Positions 10,481 to 23,980 of a stretch of DNA of 64,000 bases are shown in pieces. The position numbers and the translations under genes were made by a program. Within the stretch, counting starts at the first letter, position 1. The number at the start of each line of letters is the position of its first letter. The DNA lies in the NCBI GenBank assembly GCA_028534125.1, contig CM052832.1:4092001-4156000 (forward strand). The letters run 5' to 3'. The notes under the pieces were generated by a model. The model was not told where the DNA came from and searched no databases. It saw only the letters and a program-made list of their open reading frames with translations. This DNA comes from Lama glama (lineage: Eukaryota).

Positions 10481-12547
10481 TCTTTTCCATTCCCTTTTGC
10501 AATAGATAGAAAAGGAAATGTTACCTCCATTTATAGACTGAGTCCATCACCCGCCCCCACCCCCAGCCCTGGGGCCCTTTCTACCCATACGAGTTATACT
10601 TAATTTTGACAGAAGTTAACTTGACTTCCTAGAATGTGTGAACAAAACTATGATAGGAACTAGGGTGATAAACTGAATTATATGAAATTAATTTCCTTTC
10701 AGCCCTAGCATTCTAACTAAGTTTCTGGACCACGTTGGAAGGCTTAGTCTATGCTGTGAGAAATATAAAGATCCCAGCTAGAACCGTCTTTCTCTCGCCT
10801 TGGAAGCACTAGACATCGTTCTCCCAGGGCTTCTGGTTCCAGATCAGAAAAGAGAGGAAAGAGACCAATTAAATCCTTGAACAAAGCCAGCTCATTCAAA
10901 TCATAAATTAGTCATTTAAGGAAGGATAGGCCATTTCCCCAGGATGTCTTAGAAAATCAAAGAGTTACCTGAAGATGCTGAAAAAAAGGTGACGGACTAA
11001 CATGAGTTCCTGACTCATTCCTCGCCTATTCAATTCAGTCCCTCGCCCAACTGGTGGTGAGGGTTGAGGGACGGCGGAGGAACAGAGAGCGATGCAAGCT
11101 GTCTCACAGTCTCCAATTCCAGGAGCGTGAGCTCGGAAAATGACTCCTGTCCAGACACAGTCGGGGAAAGGGAATTAGTCTTTCTGGACTCCTCTTCCCT
11201 CCATCTTTCAATTAATTTATTGGCAGAGCCAACTCGTGGGCTGCCCAGCTCTTCCCTCTTTGTGTCTGTCCAGTCAGGTCTCTCTCTTTCTCTGTCGTTT
11301 AATAACCTTTGGAGGAAATGTACGTGATCATTTGGTGGTGGTGTCAAAGCTGAGGTTCAATTGGTGGCCCTATAGCTATCGGTCTGCTTGCTTCCCTTAC
11401 TCATTCTTGCTCTTTCTTTCTCTTCCCTCCTGATGGCATATCTTTTTTAAAAAAAATACATATTTTTAAGTCTCTCTGGAAAATCATTTGATATTGTCCT
11501 CAATCCCACTACTTTCCTTTTCTCCTTCAGAAGTTTCAAATGGCTGATGTTTTATTGTTTCATGTCACCTGCTAGTTATTTGACTTTGACAGACCTGGGT
11601 TATGGATTCAAGGGAAGGAAAGTGGTAAAGAACAAAAGGCGTCCAAATCAGGCTTGAGATTCTCTGTCTTCCCAGTGGGACTGTGTTTTCGTTTGTTCTT
11701 CAGGGAAATGATGAATACTGATCAGACTAAATTTAAGACCCACAGGGAAGTTATATGTACTATAAAATTCTTTGGGTCCCAAACAGGGTAACGTGCTTCA
11801 GGATTTCAAAACATACTGATGAATCTCAGTAAAGGCCAGGGGAAATTTTGTTTTTTAAAGCAAAGTAAATAAAATGCCCAAGGGATTAGATTTTTCTTTC
11901 TTGTCTCCCTTTCTGTGTTTTCCCTTAACTTGTGATAGTCCCCACCCTTCCAACCTTTCTCCAGGGAAATACACAATTCCCTGGTGAGAGCGGTAACAAA
12001 CATGGCACTCGGTGAGCTCTGAGAGTAAACAAAGCTCGGCTCACAAACTCCTTCCACAGAGCCTTGTGACCGTCAACGACCGGGACGTGGCTCCTGGAAT
12101 CCAGGACTGCCTTATGGCAAGGGAAAGCAATCCACAGTCTCCGTTCCGTCTGATTTCCCCACGTGCCTACGGATGCGGGGCGACAATATAATCGTGGAAC
12201 AGTTGGCAGAAAGGGACACAGATATAGACACCTACATAAGGTGATTTGTGGAGTCCAAGAAATCACGATATGCCTTCCACCTCATAGCTTTGCTGGCTAT
12301 AAAGAAAAACTGGAATGTCGAACAATAAATTTCAGTATATGTATGTATGTACATAATTTGATTGTACAGTCACCTTTAAAGAACGATTGATAAACATTAA
12401 TCTAACCTCATTTGAATGAGCCACAAGAAAATAAAAAGCTAAAGTGTGACTTCTTCACTTTTCTTTTGCTATGTCCTTTCCCTCGTGGTAGCAAGAAACT
12501 CTAAGATACTGCTGTATCGTCTGTTTATAGTCAGGTCTAGTCTATAC

Positions 12548-12764
12548 CAGGGGTAGCAAAGTTTTTTAGCAAAGGACCAAATCGTAAGTATTTTAGGCTT
12601 TGTAGGTGAAATAATGTCTGTCCGAACTGCTCAACTCTGCCACTGTAGTGCAAAAGGGCGCACAGACAACATGCAACCAAATGGATGCAGTTGTGTTCTA
12701 ATAAAACTTTATTGATAAAAACAGATGGCAACCTGTCCATGGACTGTAATTTGCTAACCCTCTG
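12548..12764. mobile_element. hAT-Charlie MITE, MER58A-like
   Basis: Terminal inverted repeats CAGGGGTAGCAAA and TTTGCTAACCCTCTG. The internal motifs actgctcaactctgccactgtagtg and ctaataaaactttatt are typical of the family. Confidence 0.8.
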
Positions 12765-13156
12765 CCTACCCCATGGCCTACAAGGCACAGTGTGGAGAAA
12801 AACGCCCTATCCATTTTTGATACTAATATAAAAAAAAAGTCTACACATGCTGCAGTTAGTCTAATCCAAAGGAGAACCATTGGGTTAATTCTTCATCTGT
12901 AATATTACTACCTAGAAGGACTATTATTCAATTAACTTGAATCTGCCTTTCATTCACTGGTAAGGAAAGACTATACTGAACATGCATATGAATAAACTGT
13001 CATGATTGACTCTGTAAGGAAACAATGTATATGACGTAGAATTCTAGACTCCTTAAGAATTTACAGTCTGATTAAGATTTGAATGGATTAGCCCCTAATT
13101 GTAATACAAGATAGACTATGGAAAGTGTCATATGTAAAGGGATTGACAACGCATTT

Positions 13157-13397
13157 CAGTTGACCCTTGAACAACACAGGTTTGAACTGTGCTGAACTGC
13201 ACGGAACCACTTACGTGTGGATTTTTTTCACCCAGGACTACCACAGTACTACATGATCTGTGGTTGGTTGGATCCAACCACATGGTTGATTGGGTCCGTG
13301 GTTGATTAGATGCAAAACTAGGAAGGCCAACTGTAGAGTTATACATGGATTTTCAGGGGTTGGTGCCCCAAACCCTGAAATTTTCTAGAGTCAACTA
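13157..13397. mobile_element. TcMar-Tigger MITE (Tigger2/MER8-like)
   Basis: Starts CAGTTGACCCTTGAACAACACAGGTTTGAACTG and ends with the degenerate inverted terminus TTCTAGAGTCAACTA. Confidence 0.8.
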
Positions 13398-16189
13398 CGC
13401 ATTGAAATCTAGGAAGAGAAGTGATTGCTAAGGCAGGGAGAATACTAAAGTATCTCAGATGTCAATCAAAATGCCAAGTGCTTTTCTTTGACATATTTTT
13501 CATCTAATCCTGAAAATGAACCTGCAATAATGATATTGTTCTTTTCACTTTTTTCACGTTAGGAGAGTGACGCTCAGAAGGGCTAGACTGACCTGAAACG
13601 TTCTTTATTTCTGTTTGCTGTTTCTTTAAAGTCATGGTGGAAGCATTTGCTAATTTTCACTCAGCACAACTTGGAGCACCACGTGAAAAATTCCACCTCT
13701 GGTCAAGAAGCAATGGGAAAAGGAGGTGGAATGAGTTGCTCTGGTCTTCCAGTAATTTAGCAAAAAGGCTGAATTGGGATTTGCACTCTAACATTTTTCA
13801 ACCATTGGAACACCTACCACATGAAATTATCAAGATTTAAACCACATTACACCGGTAAAAAGAAAGTGGGGAGTGTGACACTGACCGCTGCTGTAAGGAC
13901 ATTGGCTTAGCTTGAATGATAGGTCATAAATATGCCAGTAAGTATAAGAAGGGATTATAAACTGATGAAAATTCCCATGAGAGGATACTTCTGAAAACCC
14001 TTTTCAAGGCTAACCTAAGGCAGGATGCATTTCGGATGCCATGGGGATAATTATTAAAACAGCTATTTTCCAGCTCATTATAAATAGCATTAGCTCATTA
14101 GGCGAAAAGTCATTCAACTCCGGGATACCAGTTTTCTCATCTGGAACAAGAAGGAAACTGTATCAACACTGATGACTAAGGATATGCCAGTTGAAAAACT
14201 AAGCATGTGATGTGATTTTCTGCATCACTGAGATCTAAACCTACCAGGTATAGTCCTGGGTACTAAACTCTGCCCATCATAGTTCAGAACTGAGCACTGA
14301 GTCAGGAAGCAAGAGATCTAATTAACACAGAGCAGAAAGTTGAGACACATGTTAGTGACCAGCAACGTATCTTTCAGAGTAAACGACTCCCTCTGATTTT
14401 TTTGTTTCTGTTTTGTTTTCTTAAATTAGAGACGCATTTTTGTGTTCTATGACATGTTTCAGGAATACTGCAAAGTCAGAATTACCAGGGTGTGAGATCC
14501 TAAGAAAAGGCTTTCAGAAGAGGAAGTTCTGCTGTGCGATTTCCTTCTAAGAAATGCTGAGTACATCCGGGGCCCAAGAGTAAGGCACCAGGAAACTGGG
14601 GGCTAACGGTTTCCCATCTTTCCCTTGTAGAAGACGGGACTGAGGAATGTCTGGTTTTCTCCCCGTCCATTTTTTTTTCCTGCATTACAGATGCTGCACA
14701 TCACAGGAAACCCTGCGTCCCCAAGCCGGTCGTGATGCCGGGCATCTCTGTACCTAGCACAGGGAAGCTGATCAATTAGCCATTTAACAGGAGCTCCCCA
14801 GCCAGCCTCCCTCTGGAAAATAGGNNNNNNNNNNNNNNNNNNNNNNNNNNNNNNNNNNNNNNNNNNNNNNNNNNNNNNNNNNNNNNNNNNNNNNNNNNNN
14901 NNNNNNNNNNNNNNNNNNNNNNNNNNNNNNNNNNNNNNNNNNNNNNNNNNNNNNNNNNNNNNNNNNNNNNNNNNNNNNNNNNNNNNNNTCTAGTGACAGA
15001 CATAGACCTGGAGCTAAATTCCTGTGCACAAGCAAAAATTCCAACAAGCGTAGCACAATTCTGGTCCCTTAATAGAAATACATTTCCTCCCATCGAGGGG
15101 CAGTATATTTAAACTGTTCATCGCATCCCTTGGTACCGGCAAATCATTAATGTTCTCGAATATTTCCTTTAACGCGGGCATTGGTGATTTGAGCCATCCG
15201 CCAGCCTGACGGGAAATCAGATGGTTATACCCCGATAGCCCACTTCTTCTTCTCTAGGAGAACAGTGCGGGATGCAAGCCATCCTTTATCTGTCCGCGGT
15301 TTCTCTAGCAGTGCAGCTAGTTAATAGGTCCAAACTCCAAGGCAAAAAAAAAAAAAAAAGCTCTCCAAGGCTGAATTTCTGAGACCTTAGGATCTACAGA
15401 CTGGGGAGAATTCCCACTCCTGATCTTGCTGTTGGCAATTATATTAAAGAAACAGCCAGCGAGTGAACTCCGTGGCCTGGGGCATCGGTAACGTGATGAG
15501 TGGCCTCTCACCTCGAGGTCAGTGGTTCAAATCCAACCGTGGCTAATGGGGGCTGAAGAGTGTCTGGTGTTCTAGGTAAAATTGTTTGTTAGGTTTGTAA
15601 AAACACACATCGGGTCCTCAGGCAAAGGTACCAAAATAAACATCACAATGAATCCTAACACGTGGGTGTTAGGGTTTAGAGTTTAGTTTTAAGCAGCCCA
15701 CGTTGAGAGGAAGGAAGGAAAAAGACCAGGCTGCAAAGTGCGGGCTCCTGGTACAAAACCGACTGCTCGGTATTGTGTCCTTGAGGGAAGTAAACCCAGG
15801 CTTTGTCTCAGCAGAGAGCGAGGGAATTCCAGAGAAGAGGCCCTACTTCCCCGAAATGCAAAGCAGGGATGTCAGCTGAAGTTCCTGCCCCGATGTGGGC
15901 AGGGAGAGCGGCTTCTGTCACTCACGGTGACACAGATAGGAAAACTCTGGGGGCGGGGCATCATACTCATCGCATTTCTGCACCTGACTGCCTCATCTGC
16001 AATAGGAAGGGTTCAGGAAAAAGATCTCGGAAGCTCCTACCAGCTCTGTGTCTCTGATCCCTGTACGGAGAGCTCCAAGCTCTAGTAAGCAAACAACTTT
16101 TTCCTCCCTGATTGGGCCAGGGTCACCACCTCTCCACGCCTCAGCCAAGGCACACCTGAGACCTCTGACGTGGTTTGCGGGTCACCAAG

Positions 16190-16400
16190 GCAAGATCTGA
16201 GATCAATCTCTGCTCCTCCCAGCTGTGTGTCCTTCTGCAGGGGACTTCTTTCCCCTTCCCGAGCCCCAGGTCCCTCACCCACGACAAAGAGAGATAATCT
16301 CTACCTCCAAGTGTAGTGTGGATTGAAGAGGATAAATAAAGAACCCAGCACAGTGCCTGGAACACAGCTGATATCCAATAAACGGCAGACATTTTATTAA
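16190..16400 (+). mobile_element. MIR SINE
   Basis: Degenerate core (cagctgtgtgtccttctgcagg) and 3' end cagcacagtgcctggaacacagctgatatccaataaa. Confidence 0.7.
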
Positions 16401-16939
16401 CAATTAGCCACTCGCTCCAGGGTTTCCTGAAATTTGAACCTATCTTTTTTTTCAGATCTGTATAATCAGAAAAAGTGAACTACAAGTGACAGCTGTTTAT
16501 CATGACAACCTCACTGCTGGAATAAAGTGAAGCTGTTTCCTCTACTTAATTTGAGGGACTGCAAAGCCTGATAGGGGAAAAAGAAAAAAAAAAAGGAAGA
16601 TGCTTGAGAAAAACTTTAGCTAGGAGAAAGAAAGAAACTCAAGGTATTTACGAAACTGCATTTTTTTTTTTTTGATGAGAGATTACAAGGGGTGGGGATC
16701 AACTTTGAGTGGATGATGGACGAAGGTTTTATAACTTATGGTTTTAGATCTTTTCTGGATTCTGGCGTGTTTGTTCACCTCCAGCCCATTTCCTACTTCC
16801 CCCAAGCACAGCACCCAAACTGCTAACTACAATGACTTATTAATTGACATTTCTTGGATAAAACAGAAAATCGTATGGAAGATAAATGAAGTTCTCTCTT
16901 GACTACCTAAATTCTTATTTTCATACCCATAGATCAGGA

Positions 16940-17150
16940 GCTGGATGTTTCAAATTCAGCACTATTGACATTTTGAGAAGGGGAATTCTTTGTTGTAGAG
17001 TCTGTTCTGTGCATCTTAGGATGTTGAGCAAAACCCTTGGTCTCTGTTCACTGTATACCAACAGAGTATTCCCAGTTGTGACAACCAAAATGTCTCCTGA
17101 CATTGTCAAAAGTCCCCAAGGGTGACAAAGTCAGCCGGGCTGAGGACCAG
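16940..17150. mobile_element. hAT-Charlie MITE, MER20-like
   Basis: cagcactattgacattttg...cccagttgtgacaaccaaaatgtctcctgacattgtcaaaagtcccc matches the MER20 hallmark sequence. Confidence 0.8.
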
Positions 17151-20100
17151 AGATCCAGAGGCCCCACCCTCCTCTTCAAGGCATCTGGGAAGAAAGCACC
17201 AATGAAAGGTAAGTAGTTGGCATTTCCCCCGAATGCAGAGGGGCTGCAGTTTGGGATGCGTTCATCCAACTTTCTAGTTATCTATAGTTGCTCCTGTCTC
17301 TCTTGTCTCACCAAGCCCTGTGGAGAGCTGTCAATATGTATGTTGGGCTTTCTCGGTACCTTAGGATTTGGAAACAAGAACCAGAGAATTAGTGTTTGTT
17401 TTTATTTGACAGTTTTTGAGATTCTGTGTCTGCTGATCTTTGATGCCTCCCAGATGGGACACACAGCAACAGACAACCCAGTTGTTGATTTCAAGAAAAA
17501 AAAAAAATCAGATCACAATTTCCAAGAAAAATCCAGAAAACAAGGTGGGGGGGGGGTTGGTTAGCAGAAATTCAGTCACAAAGGAACAGCACTGTGACAG
17601 GAAGTAGTAACTCAGAGACATGGCAGAGCGGAGCTGGGGCTGCGGAGGAGGAACTCAGTAAAGGACGTTGGCCTCACAGCCAAAGCCGTCTAAGAGAATA
17701 AATAGATACAGTGTTCTCTTAAGATTGACTGGCACTTAAACGTTAAAAGGGATGAATATGTCAAGATCAGAGCAGAAATGTGCTGCAAACACACAAAGAA
17801 AATTATTACACAATCGCCTCCATGACTCGGCGGAAGAAAAGATAAGGGACTGAACCACATCACCCATCGGAGCAGGTTGGTGCTGAAACTGGTTCAACTG
17901 GACCGAGGGCTGCCTGGCTGCCTGGCACTCAGCATTTGCCAGATGCAGGCTTTGTTCCGGACCATACGTAACCGGGGTCTTGCAAAGATCCCTGCTGGCC
18001 AGGTACCTTTGTCAGACGCTTGGGCAGTTTGCCCAAACCTCTTCAGCTGAATGCTGTTACATGTCAGCTCCGGAAAGATGTTACTGACATGTTTTTTTCC
18101 GCTTGTGCGCCATGCACTGAAATAGCACCCTCACAGTTGTTCTCCATCTCAATTTCTTTTCTTAAGAACCAGACTCAGATACCACTCAGGAATAATATAT
18201 TTGGGAATTCATGCCTTTCGGCTCCCCAGCTTTGCCTGTGCTGGTGGTCCTGGGAAAGGTAACTGGAAATAGGATGGTAGGAAAAGGCGATGAAGGGGAC
18301 AAGGAAGATGAGCTAGTCTGTAATATTTTCTACCCATTTGTTGAAAGATCCCTGTAAGCACCCCTCCCTCCTCCTTATTTGCCGGTCATTTACTCCTTAC
18401 AAGAGAATGAAGTGTGTTCACCATCTCAGCATTTATTAAAGACAACCTGCTGGTCCCAAAGTAAGACTTTCCTCCTGGAGGAGCTTTTCTGGAATTTGGA
18501 GCTAACTAATTGGTCATCCATCTCCAACGTCTTTTCCTAGTTCCCTACCAGGAATCTAGAAAATTTCCCACCCTCCTCCCCAGCTCCAAACATCACCAGT
18601 GCTAGTGTACGCATTTTGCTGTTCACTGATGAAGAATGGATCAAGATCCTACTCTGAAGCGAAGGCACCCCTTTGAGCCTATGAAGGGATGGTTAGCGCT
18701 CTCCCTGGGCAGAGAAGAGATACCTCTATTGGTATTTTCAGCCGCATACAAGTTATAGTCCACAGCCAGACTCATCCTTCCAAATAAAAGAGCAGCAAAA
18801 CACACATTGTAAACATCTCAAGAATTCACAAAGTGCGTTTCACCTCTAATGATAATTTTAACCACCACTATAAAAGGAAGTCGCACTTGGGATTTAAACG
18901 AGGCAGGATGTTTATTCCCAAACTTCCTTTCAATAGAGGTGAACAGAAGATGAGCCACGTGTCCCTAGTTGATACAGCAGCTAGAGAAATGGTACGGGTT
19001 CGTTCTGAGTCACCTGTAAAACAAAGTCATATCAATTATCTTACAGGGATGCTTTGAGGATTAATGTGATGGTCTGTGAAAGCCCTTGGAAGATATAAAG
19101 CAGCGTTTAAGTGTAAGATGTTATTAACAACAATGGTTATTTGTTTAAGTAGCAGCGCAGTGTCTGGTGCATTATTTCGGCAGATCATAGATGTGGGATG
19201 AAGGTAAGCCAGGTGAGTTCGGATGTATGCATTCTCTTCACTACTATCTGTCAACTTTGTTAAAGTAGGTGCTGGTACGTTCATTGCATTCATTGTTTTA
19301 GGAGCCCTCACACCCACCCCCACCCCGTGATCACCATTAAATGCATGAAGTTACCTGTGGCCCTGGGCTTGTTTTTGTCACATGACCAAAGGAAACCACT
19401 GAAGAGGATGCATGGTAGACAGAATGATCTCAAAACACTGCCCTGCATTCACATCTTAGTTATCACTTCTGCTTGCTGTGTGACATCTGTCAGTTGACAG
19501 GTTTTATGAGCACTATCCCTGTCCCCAAGGGACTTCATACTGAAGGCAGATAATTACTACATGGACGTGAACAGTTCAAGTGCAAATATGAGAAAATAGA
19601 TAAAATAGATAATTTGGTGAGAGGCAGATCACACGCTTAAAAAACCTCAGGGACTAGTGTGTAGGGTGGGGAGGAACTGGAGAGGAAGGAGAAGATTGCT
19701 GTGTGTTTAACTTCCCAGGGCCTTCTCTTTGGAAACATTCTCAACGAGAAACACTTCTTTCTCGGACAATAAGAACAGAGTCTCTACCTTTATCTGGTGA
19801 TCTCTCTCCTCCAACAAAAAATTTCTTCCTTTCAGATATAAAGTGCATAAATGAGAGGGAGGAAAGAGGGGACTCCTCTCTGGTTACACTGCTTTATGTT
19901 ATTTCTCTAGGCAAGAAGATATTTATAGAGAAAAAAATCTAAACTATTTAATTAACTCACGAATGTATGTGAGTCAGTATTTGTTCCAGGCATAATTATC
20001 TACACGATAAAATCCCTTCCTTTTTCATAGTGATTTATATTTTAAATATGAATTCAAATAAACATAAATAACTTACTGAAACAACAGTTTCAATAGAGAT

Positions 20101-21529
20101 GCTTAAAAAAAGAGGGACATTACTTTTCCATGAAATCTATATTAGACACTTGAGATGATCCCCATTCTGTGGGGTTTTCTGCATATTGTAATGACCTGGC
20201 AGGTGGAAAAGTCTCAAAAGAATGGCTTTTTCAAATACTACTGATTATTTCATCCTCAATTCCATTTCTCTTATTTTATCAAAGGTTGGTGCTTTTCCTG
20301 AGTCTTTTGAGTATTAATTTATGGTAAAGAAAAGAAATCATTTTCTAAATTTTCAAACTGGTCACCAGTGCTGACATATGGTTAATACACACGAAGTCTA
20401 CACCAGAGTAGGCAGGAAATCTGCCAATGGACAGCCAGTTCATTAAAAGGCTGAATATGAGTACATTTCCGGTCTGCCCTCACGTGGAGCTGATTGAATC
20501 GTGATCCTCATGAAGGAAACTTTAGGGGCTTAAGTTAGACCCCAAGCAAAGAGAACAACCCAGACTCATGTTCTCCTCCTGTGGGGCTCAGAAACTAATT
20601 TATCAAATAATAATATGGGCCGAAAATGTAGAGACCACAGGAAACAAAATGAAATCATTATTGTTATAGGCAATATTTTACATCCTGTGCCTGTCGCCTG
20701 GGTAAATTTTTTTTTTTTTTGAGAGAAGGAAGCAGCGCAACCACATATAGTAGGCATTCAGTTAATGCTGCCTGATCATAATTAAGAATTATTTGTGATT
20801 TTATGGCCCACAGCTACATTCCCTAATGTTCTAAGATAGACCCCCTGTTGGGTGGAAAATTACACAAGGAATCTGCAAGTGGTCAGAAGTGAAAGAACCC
20901 CAGAGATGGACGTCCTTAAAAAGACTTCGCAGACTGGAGGGAGGGTTGTCTGCCTGGAACTGCTCCTCTCATAGAAATGCAGAGAGCAGCACCCTGGTTC
21001 CATAAGAGAAAGGAAAAGTGACAGTAAGATTAAAAGCAGGGGGCGGTGATCATTACAGTCTGAGAAAAACTCACATTCTCCCCCACCAACGCCCCACCCC
21101 CACCCCAGCCTAACACATAATCAGAAACCGATGGTTCCTCCTTTGCTGTTTGGATGCAGAATTCTTCATTACAGCTGAGGGATTAAATATAGCACTTTAG
21201 CTAATTAATTATAGTTTGATCCTTTTGACACNNNNNNNNNNNNNNNNNNNNNNNNNNNNNNNNNNNNNNNNNNNNNNNNNNNNNNNNNNNNNNNNNNNNN
21301 NNNNNNNNNNNNNNNNNNNNNNNNNNNNNNNNNNNNNNNNNNNNNNNNNNNNNNNNNNNNNNNNNNNNNNNNNNNNNNNNNNNNNNNNNNNNNNNNNNNN
21401 NNNNNNNNNNNNNNNNNNNNNNNNNNNNNNNNNNNNNNNNNNNNNNNNNNNNNNNNNNNNNNNNNNNNNNNNNNNNNNNNNNNNNNNNNNNNNNNNNNNN
21501 NNNNNNNNNNNNNNNNNNNNNNNTTAGGG

Positions 21530-21700
21530 AGGGCAGAATCCAAATTTCGGTGCTCGCGCGCGGATACGTGGATGTGCACGCGTGCACGCGCTCTGAAATT
21601 TCCAGCGTGCGCTTCTTGCAGAAGAGAGGAGAAGAATGCAAGAAGGTAAGCGCGGGAGGAGAAAAGCCTTAACTTGTGCACCACGCTGAGCAACCGGATT
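21530..21700. promoter_or_regulatory. CpG-dense patch with alternating purine-pyrimidine tracts, next to an assembly gap
   Basis: cgcgcgcg (21555-21562) and atgtgcacgcgtgcacgcgc (21572-21591). Gap 21232-21523 lies immediately to the left. Confidence 0.5.
21622..21645 (+). other. Candidate 24-nt purine-rich microexon, or end of a first exon
   Basis: tgcgcttcttgcag|AAGAGAGGAGAAGAATGCAAGAAG|gtaagc. Confidence 0.2.
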
Positions 21701-22616
21701 TTAAAAGAAGGGATCTTTTTGGTTTTGATTTTTTTTTCTTCTTTTTCAAACTGATACAGTCCTGTATAGGTTAGAGAGCAAATGCTTAGAGAAATTGGAA
21801 TGACTGTCAAGATGCAGAAAACGTGAGGACTCGATGTTTCCCAGAGGGGGTGGTGCGAGTGGTGAGAGTATGGAGGTAAACCAAAGAGGCTCAAGGTGAA
21901 AAGCTCCTCTTTGACTTTGGTTTCTTTGGTACCTGGTCCCACTCTTAGAGGGGGGTACACGCTGCCTCCTCTCATCCTGGGCGGAACTTGCTGTAACTGG
22001 AGAGTTTAAGCAGAAGGAGGCAGTCCGGCCATCTTTAGCAAAGCAGTTGGGAGAAGGGGTTTGCTTTTGGGTGGATGGAAATATTCTGATAAAGGTAAGC
22101 TTATTTCTGGACTTTATCTTTCCGCAGGCACTGCACTGCCATCCCCTGACTCTCACCCTGATCACTTTCTTTGGTCTTCTTAGCCTGATCAGAGTCTCCT
22201 CTTCACTCTCCAAGGTGCTGCTCTTCCATGAAGCCTTCCTCAACCGTTCCAGCCTCCATTTGTCTTCTGAAGACCATGTCGCTTGAGGCTGTCTGGCCTG
22301 AAAGATAGACTTGCCTTTCCAATGAGACCGCAAATCCCAGGAGAAGGATACATCTTGGGGTTGCCTCTTGGTCCCAGAACCATGCGTAGAGCTAGTCTGT
22401 TGATATATGTATCTGATTCTCAGTGTGAACTGCAAAATGGAGATGGAGACAGTGGCTTTACCCACAAACTGGAGGAAGGAAGATAGTATCCGAGGCAGAA
22501 AAGTTAAAAGTAAACTAGCTTAGAAGAATTCTAGTCGAAGCACTGACAGAATCTTTCAAGCTGCGACGATTATGAGTCACTGGAAATAAACTGTCATATG
22601 GTCTTCTTCAGACTTT

Positions 22617-23329
22617 TTTTTAACATCTTCTATTACCATTTTTTATTGAAGTACAGTCAGTTTAAAATGTTGTGTCAATTTCTGTGTACAGCATAATGTT
22701 TCAGTCATACATAGACATACATATATTCATTTTCGTATTTTTCATTAAAAGTTATTACAAGATATCGAATATAGTTCCCTGTACTATACAGTATGAACTT
22801 GTTTATTTATTGTGTCTGTAGTAGTTAGTATCTGCAAATCTTGAACTCCCAGTTTATCCTTTTCCACCTCCTCTCCTCTCTGGTAACCGTAAGTTTGTTC
22901 TCTATGTCTGTGAGTCTATTTCTGTTTTGCAAATAAGTTCATTTGTCTTTTTTTAGATTCCACATATGAGTGATATCATATGGTATTTTTCTTTCTCTTT
23001 CTGGCTTACTTCACTTAGAATGACAATCTCCGGGTNNNNNNNNNNNNNNNNNNNNNNNNNNNNNNNNNNNNNNNNNNNNNNNNNNNNNNNNNNNNNNNNN
23101 NNNNNNNNNNNNNNNNNNNNNNNNNNNNNNNNNNNNNNNNNNNNNNNNNNNNNNNNNNNNNNNNNNNNNNNTATGTAATGCTGCTGTGAACATTGGGGTG
23201 CATGTATCTTTTCAAATTAGAGTTCCCTCTGGATATATGCCTTGGAGTGGGATTGCTGGATCATATGGTAAGTCTATTTTTAGTTTAATAAGGAATCTCC
23301 ATACCGTTTTCCATAATGGCTGTACCAAA
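22617..23329 (-). mobile_element. 5'-truncated L1 (end of ORF2 plus 3'UTR), inactivated
   Basis: The minus strand translates [50 protein letters not shown], the L1 ORF2p C-terminus with an in-frame stop. The 3'UTR and T-rich tail are on the left. TSD cagacttt at 22609-22616 and 23330-23337. Spans gap 23036-23171. Confidence 0.93.
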
Positions 23330-23877
23330 CAGACTTTGTCTGCTTTTAAGACTAGTCAGTTACTTTGCTAAGTGTAGTTTGCTTTAGGGAAGGTGAATAC
23401 AGGAAAATTTTGCTCCTGGTTTCTTCCAGTCATAGGCTGATGATGGTGATAGAGCATGGTGGGTTAGAGGTGGGGAAATGGAACACTGTTTCCACAAGGT
23501 TTCTACCAATTTGTTTGTGCAGAAGGAGGCTTTTTTTTAAACCTCCCTTGGTATCCTAGAAAGGTAATGGTACATCATACTGTAGAAGTGTGAGACCTAC
23601 ATCAGAAGTCAAGACACACATACGCAGCCTGAATACATTTACATGTATCAGCACTGGCTGGTGCCCAGAAGCCACTCCTTGATAACGCATTCAGGACAAA
23701 TTTTCCATAACTCCTGGGAGCGCCATTCATAAACACCTGTATAATTTTGAAATTAATCAGAGGCACTCCCCACTCTGTGCTGTGCATGGTGAATAGTATC
23801 ATAAAGCTGTGCACTAAACATTATGTATTTTCACCTGTAACTCTAGGGATCTTGACTCTAAGTATAGGCTGGTGGAC

Positions 23878-23980
23878 TACTTATTCATTCCTTCATTCAT
23901 CCATGCTATTCATTTATTCACTCCTTCAACAGAACTTTATTGAGCACTCTTGTAGGCATGGCGCCATGCTGGTGACCACG
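23878..23980 (-). mobile_element. L2 3' end
   Basis: ttattcattccttcattcatcc...ttcaacagaactttattgagcac is the antisense L2 tail. Confidence 0.6.

Noticed and set aside
17870-17890. GGTGCTGAA REST/RE1 half-site
   Set aside because: The second half (GCTGTCC) is missing at the required spacing.
21746-22465. Longest gap-free ORF (239 aa, minus strand)
   Set aside because: No recognisable domain, a non-ATG start call, and partial overlap with L2-like sequence (ctcttccatgaagccttcct). Consistent with a chance ORF.
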